Position numbers and translations under genes: made by a program. A stretch of DNA of 63,668 nucleotides, the filler included, from Xylographa opegraphella (lineage: Eukaryota), in the NCBI GenBank assembly GCA_022813865.1. It is 3 parts of 3 records of this genome, joined end to end, with 100 filler letters (N's around TTAATTAATTAA, not from the genome) between each part and the next. Parts side by side here need not be neighbours in the genome. Positions count along the whole stretch, not along the records: positions 44,130 to 63,668 come from JALDZX010000139.1; 2 more parts are not named here. One strand, written 5' to 3'. The notes under the pieces were generated by a model. The model searched no databases and was not told where the DNA came from. It was given only the letters and a program-made list of their open reading frames with translations. Below, in pieces: positions 51,379 to 63,668 of this stretch; the stretch's first letter is position 1; the number at the start of each line of letters is the position of its first letter.

Positions 51379-53930
51379 TTATTCCTCCGTTTCCAGTGCC
51401 TCTCTACGCCTCATTCCCAGCACTCTGGCTCCTATCCTTACACTCCCTTCCCCTCCCACAAGTCCCGCATGCATACCAAAGTACACTTTTCCATCGACAC
51501 GCCTCGTCTTCGCAAGTGTGACAAATGGCTCCTCATTCTTCTCCCCTGTGCCCTGATCCACACAAACCATCTGGCACCTCCGGCAAGGCCCAAGGATATC
51601 AAGCACGGTTGTCTTGGTCTGCAGAGTACCTGTAAGGTCGTGGTCATGCACAGTCATGGACTGCCAGCTGTCTTCGACGTACGGCTGTTCGATACCTGGC
51701 GGTGAAATAGTATCCTCCGCAATGATTATGTTGGGGCGGAAGACGTGTGCCGAAGCGGCTTTGCCCGGGGGAGACCTTGCCTTTATGGCTTCGTTAAGGC
51801 GATTCAAGCTTGAGCAGGAGATGACGAGAATGGGAGACTCGTTGGAGAGCAGTATGGGTGAGGCGAGGGGTCGCTCTTTGTCTCCAGACTCGGACTGGAC
51901 AATCTTTCTCTCGGTTTTTATGACTTCCTCTTTACGAAGATGTGCTTTGGCATGCCGTGCGGACAGACCGAAACCTTGCGGAGGAAATCGGGCAAGATAG
52001 CAAGGCACCCCAAGTATGTGTGTAAAGAAACTCGTAACTGAGGCTGACGAGTAAACTTGTGCTTTTATAGTATCGCCACATACCCGTGATGGACAGCTTG
52101 AAGCGTTGTCATGTTGGAAAACACTCGATATCCGGGAAAGAGGGATGGTAATCTCGGGCGGGCAAGATGATGGCAATGCTCCGGAATATTCGATACGCAA
52201 TAATTCTGCATTAAGATCGATGGTAGGCCTCAGTAAAGCCATCTTTGGGTATCGTTTTTGACTTAGTGCTGTTCTACTACCTTGGTGAACAAGACACCAC
52301 TCCCGGTCCCATGCAAGTCCCTCGGACTTAATGCTCCAGGATATATCAGGAGGTATCCTCCAGCCTCCACAGCTTTTGATCGGGTATATCATCAGTGTTT
52401 CAATGTAAAAGTTTGTTTCTGTTGGGAGCTCTATTGGAATTCGCTGCGCGACCTCTCTGTGCTCGACAAAGAATTCCTCAATAAACTCTAAAAATCTCCG
52501 CACATCTTCGAGAGTACTCATGGCACCCAGGCTGAGCCGCAGCATACCAGTTGGCTTTCCATCCATAATATCATGCTCATTGCCACAACGTTGCCCTGTG
52601 GAGAAATTTCGGCGCATCTCCGATGGGTTCAGTCCTAAAGATGAAGCAATACCTCCTGGGTTGCACAAACCTCCACTTCTGAGGTGAATATTTTTTATAC
52701 CCGCAAGCTTTTCGACCTCGGAGACACTTATCCATGCGCCCCATGAGTCTCGAAGATTAAGTGCAACAGTGGCACCTTGCGAGGAGGTGGTATTATATGA
52801 GGTTTTGCAATCTTCGTATATATGACATACCAAAGCGTCATTACCGTGTTTTAAACTCTTTAATCCCTCGTAAAGCCGGCTCATCAGGAAGGTGGTATGG
52901 TTAGAGATCTGCTGTAGTGTACCAAACAGTTTTTCGTGAGTATTCATTGCGCTATCAAGCGCAATGATACTATGAATGGGTAAAGTCCCGTCCTCTAATT
53001 GTGAATGCAGAGTATACTCTTTCTTGATATGCCAACTTTCTTTAAGGCAAGTCACCATCTCAACAGTACCCCCACCAAAGTACTTAAGTCGATGCAGTAT
53101 TTCACCCGAATTCTTTCGTACAATCAACGCCCCAAGATCCGGGAAGCCAAACATTTTGTAGAAACTTAATACAGTAAAGTCAGGGACTCTGGAAATATCA
53201 CTTAGATCAAGCGGACAAGTAGAGACCAGCGCAGCCGCGTCAAGCAAGGAGTATAGCCGATGATTGAATCGTTGGTTCAATGCTCGAAGTCGGCCACACC
53301 AATCGAGTGGCAGACGGCGGCCGTTCATGTTCGACTGGGCGGGATAGGCAAACAGCTTGCATCCTTCGTCAATGACGCTATTGTATTGATTGCTCATCGG
53401 ATTGTCCAGCCAGCTTTCCACGGCCTCGTCCGACTCGAAGCATCTAGAACCAGAGCTCGCAACCTCCCGTACTCCAATTAGACTTGTATGTGCATCCTTG
53501 TGATATCCGTACCAAAAGCCCCTTGGTAGTTCTTGAAAAGCATTGGCGACTAGCTTGATTCCTGCAGTTGCATTTGCCACAAAAACTAAATCGAAATCGT
53601 TCGGATCAGCATTGAACAGACGCAGCACCCGTAAGCGAACGTTCTCTATGCGCCGGTCGGAAAGTTGAGCTGAAGTTGAGGCTGAATGTGGGTTACCAAG
53701 CAGGTTGGACATCATGTCTTTCGAGAAATCGTCCATAAGCGAACTCGAATACAGAGTTGTACCCGCATGATCGAGGTACGTACTATCTAAGGCGAACTAC
53801 ATCAGTGAAAGTCTTTCGGATAAGTGGACATAATACCCTGGAGCATTGGGAACTCTTGAGCTCGCAAAGCTTCAATCTTCTGATTATAGGCTACATAGTG
53901 GTCGTCCTGAGTGATCATGGTGGCTGCCAT
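51379..53930 (-). CDS. hxB: Molybdenum cofactor sulfurase (NifS-like PLP domain + MOSC domain)
   Basis: Exons 53930-53837 and 53786-51379; YLDHAGTT, GNPHS, SFYKMFGFPDLG, LRSGGLCNPG, IYPIKSC, FRPNIII, CRRCQMVC. Confidence 0.95.
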
Positions 53931-54085
53931 TGCCAGACATTCACACCCCTGAACGAACACAGATTACAAATTTGCATGAGTATGCAAAAGTAAATAGTGG
54001 AGGATTCTCGCGTTATCGTGATCTGCGAGCTAAAGTCATGTGATTCATAAAAGAATTAATTGAACTAAAGAGGGCCGCAGGCCCT

Positions 54086-54402
54086 TGTATACATATTTGG
54101 GACCTTTTGCAGGATTTTCGGTCATGTCGTGTTGTGTTAAAATATACATTTTGTGATACGTTAAATTCAGTGTATAATTAAATACAATATTTAAAAACGA
54201 TATAATAATATTTTTTATTATAATTTTGATTAATAAAGGTTAAAATTTAATTATAATTTATATTCGAATAAATTTATCGTATTAACTTTGAAAAATATGT
54301 TAAATATTAATAATATTTACGTTAAATAATACTATTATTATACTAATTATAAAAAATTAATTTAATATAACTCGAAATTCTGCAAAAAGAATTCAAGTAT
54401 AT
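54086..54402. mobile_element. Terminus of an unclassified repeat, family J
   Basis: TATTTGGGACCTTTTGCAGGATTTT... aligns over ~300 bp with 63171-63500; interrupted by an A solo LTR. Confidence 0.75.
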
Positions 54403-54719
54403 TGATAAGGTTCTGACCAATGTTGTGTAGAACAAGGGTCGGGGGAACCTTATTCCGGTTGCCTCCTCTGCCTCCCTGAGGAGGCATGGGAGGCATCTCA
54501 GAACAGGACTTCTATATAAAATAAAGGATTTCCTTTGTTGTAGAAGGCGTGTTCAACTCATGTTATGATCTTAGACTAGTAGGCTTCAATACAATACTGT
54601 ACGAAAACTGTTACTATTGAAGAACGATCAGCCTATTACTGTGCCTTCCTATTCATTCATTGATGAATCCAACCCAGATCCCTAATCGATTTATACAAGT
54701 GAGAAGCAGAATCGTAACA
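54403..54719 (+). mobile_element. Solo LTR, family A (317 bp, little RIP)
   Basis: TGATAAGG...CGTAACA; reverse complement of the A LTRs at 9903 and 15870; TATATAAA at ~54513; no TSD seen. Confidence 0.9.
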
Positions 54720-55475
54720 TCGAGAGGTCGAAATAATAAAACATAATTTCAGAAATATAAAAATAAAAAAAGTAAAAGCGAAGGAAGAAAACTAAAAAAA
54801 AAAAATTTAACATCGACGGTTACCCTATTAAGAAATCTCGTAATCAATTTTAATAACGTCGATTTCGAGTTTTTACTTTTATTACCTTTTTTTCCCTAAA
54901 GTTCGTACCTTTTAATAGTACTGTTTAATAAGTTTTTTAAATTGTTAAAATTAGTTATTAATTTTTATATATTCTCGTTATTTACATATTTTTTTATTTA
55001 ACAAAATATTTACGTATATTATCGTTAAAGTTTTAACTGCTATTTAAAATTTTCTATACTTCTCACCTTTATTTTTAATGTATTAAGTAGTTGTTTAATA
55101 CTCGTATTAATTCTGAAATTTCTGGCGGTACTGCTTTTAGTAGTAATATATAAAATACTAAATTTTTCTTTCGGCAACTTGAGCTCGAAATTCATATTTT
55201 TAATATTACGAATAATTTTAAAAGATTGAATTTTAATATAGTTTAACTTTCTGTTAATTTTGTTGTTTCGATATTTTTACGAAGTAAATAAACTTTATCC
55301 ATTTTTTTTAGTATAAGGCTCCTGAATTTATGTTTATTTACGTAAAATATTGATTTAAAACCCATGAATTTTATATATTTTTTAAATTGATATATAATCG
55401 TCCAAGTTCATTAATTAATATATTTATTAAATTATTAATTTTTTCTGCAGGTCTCGAGTCTCGAAACAGTATTAT

Positions 55476-55658
55476 TGTTACGGCTCATCAACTCACCACA
55501 CAAGCACGCCTAGAACGTAAGCTTTAGGTGGACGATTTCAACCCAGATTAAGATGGAGAAGCGTTGAGGCAGCTCCATGGGCAAGACTATATACTCAAGG
55601 TGCTAGTCCTGATCCAGCCCGACCCCTATTACTTGTGACTGATGTCATAATCGTCACA
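55476..55658. mobile_element. Solo LTR, family D (183 bp)
   Basis: TGTTACG...CGTCACA; near-identical to the 21886-22198 copies. Confidence 0.88.
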
Positions 55659-57558
55659 TTAAATGCGCAAAAAGTATATTTTTTGATCGACTCGTAAAAC
55701 CTTGAATTTAAAACAAGAATTTTTATTGCTGATACTTCTAAAAATTTCAATTCAAAATGAATTGAACTGTTCATTCAATAAAAATATTTAATCAAAATTA
55801 ATTTTACTAAATTAATAAAATTTAAAGGATTTTGGCAATAAATCATTGCTCGATCGAGCTTTTCAAGTCGTTTTGTTAATTAATAAATTTTTTCGTTTCG
55901 TTATATGATTTAATCAATTAATCAGATATTGCCAAAATTTAACAAATTTTATAAATTTAATAAAATAATTTTTTGTAAAACGCTTTTAATAATTTAATTC
56001 AGTTCAATTTACATCGTAGTATATTTAAAAATATTGGAATAATGAATCAAACCCAAATTTATTAAGCGTTCGACAGAGCAATTTGATTTATATGTACTGA
56101 TTTTTAAGTAAAATGAATTTACTCAATAAATTGTCGAGTTACAGAACGGCATTCAATTTTCAAGCTTCAAGCAGGTTTCGTGTATTTCCTCCGAATAAAA
56201 TATTTACTTATGGGCTCTTTGTTGGCGTGGAGCGGAGCTCGTAATTATCCAGCCCACCAGGTTTTTGCAGATAGAAACAAATGATGGTTGAAGCTTTGTG
56301 CGATTTGCTGATTGACTTGACTCCTAAAATTCCAGCCTGTAATCACAGTGGAAGATTCGCTGGAGGAATACTCGCTCAGCAGCTCAAATTATACCACAGC
56401 TCCGTGGATGTACTAAGATCTCTCGAACTGGTACTCACGATACAGTGCTCTTCAGGACTTAAGATGATGTACGAGTAGGCGGCTAGTGGACATTTGGGAA
56501 GCGTCGCCTCGCTTCACCGGTTAAATGCAGACGTCGCAAGATCCAAGCCATCGACGCCTGCTTAAATCACTTACACGGTACACTCCTTTATGGTGTGCGG
56601 ACTGGCGAATAGAATCACTTGCCTCCGGGTCACAGCGCCGGTTTATCGAGACGCCACATCACTACCGTACCTTACTACGGTCGCAGGAGAATATAACGTT
56701 AGCTTGCTCTAGCGTCTTGGCACCGCAACATATATTATTTATATCCTATTATTTCACTGGGTAAATGAACTCCGTATTTCGTATTGCATAAACCTGTGAG
56801 CGTTGATCACGGATCAGAATCTGCTTTTAAAATACAAAAAGAAAGTGTAACCATTGCTGTAGAGTATAAATAATGGGCGGCATCGCTATTGTGTATTGAT
56901 GCCAAGACGCTAGCGCGAACTAACGTTATTTCATGTGGAAACCGCAGTACAAGCCCCCCCGGAAAGACCCAGCCAGGTCTAGCACTATCCTTCCCCACAG
57001 CCGGCTCGACCATTAACGGTTGACCCCAGATTCCCCAGGTACCTTAGCCTCGAAACAGTGGGCGGATAAAGTCGAAGAGCAGGCTAACCTTGCTCCGGGG
57101 TAAAGTCGACCCCGGAGGCCAACGCCTGGAAAGCATGTTGGAGTGCATCGCCCTCGAGTCCTCGACTTTCCGCTGCCAATAATAAATCATCGACAGCTCG
57201 CTCTCTGGACCAAGGGAAGATCGTAGCAATTGCCTTCCTCAATCCCGCCTTCCCGGCATTCATGCCTCTGGGATTGTGCGGACGATCATGCTCGTGGGGG
57301 GGCTACCTTAGGGCATCCAGACACCCATGGCAACTGCAGATGCGAGTTGCCAGATGCTCATGCAGTCTAGACTCCAAAAGGTGCTCGACCTGCTTCTTCG
57401 TCCCAGTCTTAAACCCCGGACTAAGGCTCTCGCCGGTTAAATAGATCCCAGATACAAAATCTATATGAAGAGCTCGATGTGCTTGCGATTCAATCCCCAG
57501 CTTTTCTGGTCAGCACTTGATATCTCTCACCCTTGAAGTCGTGATTTCAGCCGCTGCC

Positions 57559-59351
57559 ATGGACTTCTCCCACAAGACCACCTTCGAGCTCGCCGGCCGG
57601 GAGTTCCCCAGGGTGACCTGGTACACGAACCCCGGCATGCGGAAGACATATATCTGCCTCATGTTTGTTGTATTGACATCGGTATGTTTCTGTTGACGAG
57701 GGGAAGTGATTAACGGTTCTGACTTGCGCCTGTGTAGGCTACTAATGGTTATGACGGATCGATGGTAAATGGCCTGCAGACACTCGATGCATGGCAAGAC
57801 TACTTCGGGCACCCTACCGGATCTCTTCTGGGTCTTTTCAGCTGTATCATGTCCGTGGGATCTATTTGTGCCATTCCTGTCGTCCCCTACACCGCTGATC
57901 TCCTTGGGAGACGAACTGGTGTTTTTATCGGCTGTGTTATAATGTAAGTTGGATCTGCTCCACCTTCTCCGTTTCATTTCCTAAACAACCCAGGATTCTG
58001 GGTGTTGTTCTTCAATCCATTTCTATCAACTTCCGCATGTTTGTAGCCGCTAGATTCTTCATTGGATTCGGTGTTGCTATCGCCCACGGATCTTCTCCGC
58101 TCCTTATCACAGAACTTGTGCACACCCAGCACCGAGCCATTTTTACAACCATATACAACACGACCTGGTACTTCGGATCTATTGTCGCTGCTTGGCTGAC
58201 CTTTGGAACAAATAACATCGCTGGTAACTGGTCATGGAGAACCCCAAGTCTGGTCCAAGCCTTCCCGTCCATCCTCCAGCTTTGCTTCATTTGGTTTGTG
58301 CCAGAGTCACCTCGATTTCATATCGCAAAAGGTCGCCATGAGAAAGCTTTGCAGATCCTGGCTGACTGCCACGCTAACGGCGATACTCAGGACGAGGTCG
58401 TCCAGCTTGAGATGCAGGAGATTCGTGACACCATCAAGATGGAACAGGAGTTCGAAGGGAATTCTTGGTCGGAGCTCTGGAGGACAAAAGGCAATCGTCA
58501 TCGTCTAGTGATTCTTATCACCGCTGGATTTTTCTCCCAGTGGTCTGGAAACGGTCTCGTCTCCTACTACATCAACATCGTTCTCAAACAGATCGGTATC
58601 ACAGACCCGACTACTCAGCAACTGATCAACGGTATACTCCAGATCATCAATTTCATTGTCGCTCTTACAATGTGCTTCTTTGTGGACAAGATTGGCCGAC
58701 GTAAACTCTTCCTTACGTCTACGGCTGGTATGTTGGGAGCTTTCATCGTATGGACAATCTGCTCAGCAGTTCAACAAAACACTGGGAACACTCATGCTGC
58801 TACCGCGGTCGTTGTCATGATATTCTTATACTACGTCTTCTACAACATAGCCTGGTCTGGCTTATTGGTAGGGTACACTGTCGAGATTTTACCGTACAAT
58901 ATTCGTGCGAAGGGCATGACTGTTGTCTGGCTCAGTGTCGATCTCTCCTGTAAGCTCCCAATGACAATGAGTGTAGTGTATATCTAACATGTATTCAGTG
59001 TTCTTCAACCAATACGTAAATCCAATTGCTCTTGAGGCCATTAACTGGAAATACTACATCGTCTACTGCGTCTGGCTTGCTGTGGAGCTTGTGGTCGTCT
59101 GGTTCTTCTATATCGAGACGCGGAATACACCGCTGGAGGAGGTTAGTGCAATTGACGTCCTGCCGGTTCGAGTCCATGCTAACATCTAAATATAGATCGT
59201 CAAGCACTTTGATGGTGAAGGTGCGGTGCTTGGAGGTGGGGCAGCTACTGCGAAGGGAATCAAGTTGGCGGGTGAAATGGGCATCGACACTAACGCTGAT
59301 ATTGGCGACGAGAAAGCACCCGTGGTTGACCACAAGGAACTTGTATCCTGA
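57559..59351 (+). CDS. MFS sugar porter, lactose permease/cellodextrin transporter clade
   Basis: Exons 57559-57681, 57738-57943, 57994-58949, 58999-59141, 59196-59351; NGYDGSMVNGLQ, D(L)LGRR, PESPR, FFSQWSGN, DKIGRR, ETRNTPLEEI. Confidence 0.92.
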
Positions 59352-59736
59352 ATTGGAGTTTCCCCAAATATATAAGCTACCAGATCGATTTGAATGTTAG
59401 GATTTTGCATTTTGCTTATCTGGTAATCATTGCGTGATCACAATGTTCGCTCATTTGTCTTAGCGAGCCCTATCCCACTTTTATCTACACCAATGGAAAT
59501 AGTCATCAATCCTTCCCTAAAACCGTCAATCGTATATATACGACGCTCTCAGAGTTTGTTTGCGAACTTATCCCCTAAGTCGTCTGATAGCTGATTGATG
59601 ACAGAACTCAGTCTAATTGGGTCTAAAACAGCACACCTAACCTCATGTGAGGCGTTCAGGTATAAATAAGCTCATATTTTGCATTAGCCTTTCACGAGAC
59701 CAGCAATTGGAAAGCTGATGGGAAAGAGAAATAACG

Positions 59737-60532
59737 ATGGTAAGCCTGTGCAGAGTGAAATACGCAACTTTTGATAAATTTAAAACGTGTGCGGATCTAT
59801 ACTACCGAAGATGGAGAACACATACAATTTGAGCTTCCCGCAACAAATCAAATGGCGCTGAACAATACGTTCCTGATGCAGGCACCGAAGACATTTCCCC
59901 CAGCCGCCAAGCAAGCACTCGTCCTGAAGTACCTCCGCAGTAGCAATACTACCCATACCCTTAAAGAACTTGAAAAGGTCCTTCCAAACGTAGCGTCTAT
60001 CAACGGGATACAGGTCAAGGAGTACATGCAGTCTCTAAGCGATGAGGGCCAGATCCGAGTTGAAAAGATTGGCAGCGGCAATTGGTACTGGAGCTTTTTG
60101 TCTGAAGAGAAGCGTGCACGAGAATATACACTAGCCCAGCTCAAAGAAGAGAAAATAAAGATTCAGAAGTGCATGGAGAAGTTGAAGGAAAAAGTAGAAG
60201 CTGCCGGACATGGAAAAGAGGCGGAAGAAAACGGGGAGGACGGCGGAAGGGAAGAGCTGCTCAGGTCATTCGATATGGACAAGAGTGAGCTAGATAGCTT
60301 GGAAACCGAGTTAGGTAACTATAAGGACGGCGACCCGGAACAGGTGGTGGGGAAGAGTGCCGACGCTGAGGCCTTGAAGCTAAGAGCAGCACAGTGGACA
60401 GACAACATTTATTGCTTGGAAGAATATCTAAGGGAAGTAACTGGCGGTAACCTGGAAGCCGTAGAAGGAGTGAGGAGAGCGTGCTATGGTAGTGATTATA
60501 TTGAAGGGCAGGGTCTGAGGGAGCTATCATAA
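59737..60532 (+). CDS. MND1: Meiotic nuclear division protein 1 (Hop2-Mnd1 complex)
   Basis: ATG-only exon 59737-59739, intron GTAAGC...CAG, exon 59882-60532; HTLKELEK, VKEYMQSLSDEG, EKIGSGNWYWSF, WTDNIY. Confidence 0.9.
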
Positions 60533-60923
60533 ATGAGATGGCCAGTGTAATACAGAACATCGCCGCTAGTGCCCAGCGGACCGCCTACCTACTTTTTACG
60601 TAGCAAAGAGCCGCTGACGAAGCTTGTTGCAGGAGGCTTTATAAGATGTCGAAGAGCTTCCGCCGAGCGCGTCCATGTTATGGTACCTTCGCCCAAAGAA
60701 TAGATCTTGGGCGGCTGCCGGAAGTCAAATAATCGGAACATTATGTTACGTGCACATGCTCGATGCTCAACCTCCAATATTCCAGCCTCGCGAGATCACG
60801 ACTTGAGCAATGGCTTGCTGGAGGCCCCTTTGTTATTTTTGAGCATTCAAAACCGAACATACTGCTATCGCATCCACCGGCTGCTCACCCCATAATTCCA
60901 CCACCTACAAGTGACTGAACATC

Positions 60924-63164
60924 ATGAACGCCCCGCCTTCGGCCGCGAGGCCAGTCCCACGCTCAGTATTATCCCGCATTATTGCACCACTGGAGGCCAA
61001 AGCGACGAATATAACAAGGTTTGCCATTACTTTGAAAGAGCCACATCGATGTTATGCCCCCAGCGACAAAGTTTCTGGCTCAGTGTCCTTCTGTGTTACC
61101 AAGCCGGTCCGGATCACCCATCTCGTGATAGACCTAACGGCGTCCGTCAAGGTCTTTAAGAAGAACGTAGGATCCGATGAATCGTTATCTAGAAAGGAAC
61201 TGTTCCATGGTGTAGGCAGAGGTGTCATGGAGCCAGAGTATTTCGGAGACGGCTTCGCAACCATTTTCCAGCATGAGAGCGTGCTTTGTGGTGACGCGAC
61301 GCTTCCGAGGCAACACTATGTTTATCGTTTTGAGATAGCGTTCCCGTCTAAGTCGTTACCGAGTAGTATATCAGTGAGTGAATCCCTAGCTACATTAAGC
61401 TTCACTGGCTAAAAACACAAACTCCAGTTCGAGCGAGGCAAAGTCTACTACCAGCTCATAGCCACATTGACGCGCCCGACAAGCGTTTTGCCTACTTTGA
61501 GCTGTAATTATAGAATCAATTTCCGAGACTCTATCGATATAGCAACTCTACGCCCACAGCATAGAGCAATCGCCCTCGAGCCTGTAATCGGACGACCGAG
61601 ATCGAGGAGTCAGGCCACCAATGCTACACCCAGGACAGATCTTAGGGCAATCGGTGCCAACACTGATGAACCAGGCGAACTGTCATCTCCAGTACGGCAA
61701 GCGCTTCAAGTCGCCCAGGAGGGATCCATGGCATGTACCACACTAAATGAGCCAGACTCTCCAGCCACGACAAGCAGTAGAACCAGTCAAGGAATCAGCA
61801 CACAGAAGGGTCTCTCCAGCCGACCGGACAAAGCCATCCGAATACAGGTAGACCTCCTTCGTGGTGGATGCCTTCCTGGTGGTGAGGCTACTGTACGAGT
61901 CAGTGTCAAGCACGTCAGAGCTGTCAGGAGTCTTCATGGGGTCATCATAACTCTGCACCGTATGTCTCACGTCGACAGGGAACCTTCTACACCAATTAAA
62001 GCTTCCGACCGTACAAAGTTGGGTCTTGACGCTGTACCAAAGTCTCGCTCTGGTCTTAGTGGGCTTGTCTTCTCGTCTGAGGATCCGAACATGACATTCC
62101 GCGCGAACCTGGCTCAAAACACCACTCATCTGATAGTAGATCCCGAAACCCTATCTGCAACCGTCACTCAATCAGTGCGCGTTCCGGAAGAAGTCTTTCC
62201 TACAATAATGAATGTGCCTGGTAATTTGTTGGCTTTCAAATACTACGTGGAAGTCATTGTTGATGTACAAGCCAAATTGGCAAGCCAGAACAGCTATTTT
62301 AGTTGGTATGTACAAGCCAATGGTTCCTTCGATACCCCAAAGAACACTGTTGCTTTTGACTACCAACATACGAGTGTGTTTAGAAGGGAGACATGCGTTG
62401 TTGCTTGTGATATGCCATTAATCATAGGCACCAAGGACTCTACTCCGAAGCTTCTGAGGCAGCCTGCAATTTTCTCAGCCAGTCATGTGTCCACGGTGCA
62501 TCCAGGGATCTCACAGTCACAAGGTACTCGGCTTGACCGCCGCGCCCTCCTTAGACATAGGAACCAGGAAATTTCTGATATAACCCAGATGGCCAGTACT
62601 CCAGGTGGTGATACACATGATAAAAATATCCAGCGATCAATGGATCAGCAAATTCGGCCGGATACTCAGCTCCAATTATCGCTACGGGTAGAGGATTCAC
62701 TGATAGATGAGAAGACTAGGCTGCGCAGAGCAGCGGAGCTTCTGTTACCCAGTGCTCCGCCGATGGATGAAGACCACGGTGATGTAGGATCTTCTAGTTT
62801 ACGACTACCGGAACCTTCCGCACCAACCGAGATTGAAATACGGAGTGGTGCTGGAGTGACTGTACTTACGCCAACGGCAGAGATAACGCCGATGAGCACT
62901 ATATATAGGGATTCAACTCGACAGTCTATCAGTGCAGAAAGACGGGAGACTCCTTCGGCCACAAATAGAACACAAGTCGACAAGCAAGAGTTGGAGCGCC
63001 AGAGTCTCATGGCAATGGTTGGTGCCCCCGAGTTGGAGAGTGACGAAGAAGCTGGAAGGAGAGTGGATGTACCGAGTGCTCCGATACTTGAAGATGCCGG
63101 TGTTGAACAGACGTTCTACGGTCATTCGGATCGGATTGACGAGCTTCCGCTGTATCAAGAATAA
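60924..63164 (+). CDS. palF: pH-response arrestin PalF/Rim8
   Basis: Exons 60924-61373 and 61428-63164; KPVRITHL, SLPSSIS|FERG, FPTI...KYYVEVIVD, DEKTRLRRAAELLLPSAPP, DKQELERQ, terminal LPLY. Confidence 0.88.
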
Positions 63165-63170
63165 CGTTAT

Positions 63171-63607
63171 TGTACCGGGTATTTGGGACCTTTTGCAGGA
63201 TTTTGGGTAGTGTTGTATTGTGTTAAAATATACATTTTGTGGTACGCTAAGTCCAGTGTATAATCAGGTCGAAATATTTTAAAATAATATAATATAATTT
63301 ATTGCGAGTTTTGATTGATTAAAGTTAATAAAGTTTAATTATAATTTATACTCGAATAAATTTATCGTATTAACTTTAATAAATATATTAATAATATTCA
63401 CGTTAAATAATAATATTACTATATTAATTATAAATCATAAAGTTTAATGACAATAAATTTAATTTAATATAATTCAAAATTCTGCAAAAAATTTCAATTG
63501 TATTCGCGAATATTCAGTTATTTTATTTTCAAAACATTAACAAAAAGGAAAAATAAAAATTCGATCAAAAAGTATATTTTTTGCTTCTTTAATAAATTAG
63601 CAGAAAT
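63171..63607. mobile_element. Terminus of repeat family J, second copy
   Basis: Direct repeat of 54086-54402; increasingly AT-rich inward. Confidence 0.75.
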
Positions 63608-63668
63608 TGTTACGGCTCGCTATCTCACCCGAAAAGCAGGCCTAGAACCACAGCTATAGGTGAGCGAT
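63608..63668. mobile_element. Family C LTR, truncated by window end
   Basis: TGTTACGGCTCGCTATCTCACC... is the reverse complement of 20737-20797. Confidence 0.8.

Noticed and set aside
33929..53930. Purine-utilisation cluster (UaY-like regulator plus hxB)
   Set aside because: The TF looks like a paralogue rather than UaY itself, unrelated housekeeping genes intervene, and I see no TCGG-N6-CCGA site in the short hxB promoter.
28309..63164. Gene islands as cargo of a Starship-type giant transposon or a secondary-metabolite cluster
   Set aside because: No tyrosine-recombinase captain, PKS or NRPS; the genes are typical conserved core genes.
28663..63210. Numerous 60-155 aa ORFs antisense to or overlapping the called genes
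   Set aside because: Shadow frames of real coding sequence with no recognisable motifs.

Overview
Filamentous ascomycete (Pezizomycotina) genomic window with a two-compartment structure. About 1-28,140, 43,620-49,280, 54,086-56,200 and 63,171-end are extremely AT-rich transposon relics whose paralogous copies differ mainly by C>T/G>A changes (RIP-type), with CpG conspicuously spared. They resolve into nested LTR retrotransposons: three copies of one chromodomain Gypsy family (B) inserted into each other, a second chromodomain Gypsy (A), a Copia element whose LTRs end in CT instead of CA (F), about ten short GC-rich LTR copies, and a TIR/MITE-like family. The GC-balanced islands carry ten intron-aware gene models: a conserved TPR-like hypothetical protein, a divergent pair of Zn(II)2Cys6 transcription factors, an ASNSD1-like protein, VPS9, SHR3, molybdenum cofactor sulfurase hxB, a lactose/cellodextrin-type MFS permease, MND1 and the arrestin palF/RIM8. 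Two 100-nt gaps contain an artificial TTAATTAATTAA linker, so adjacency across them is scaffold-inferred. Family letters are my own labels. All calls come from reading the sequence by eye; no database search was run.
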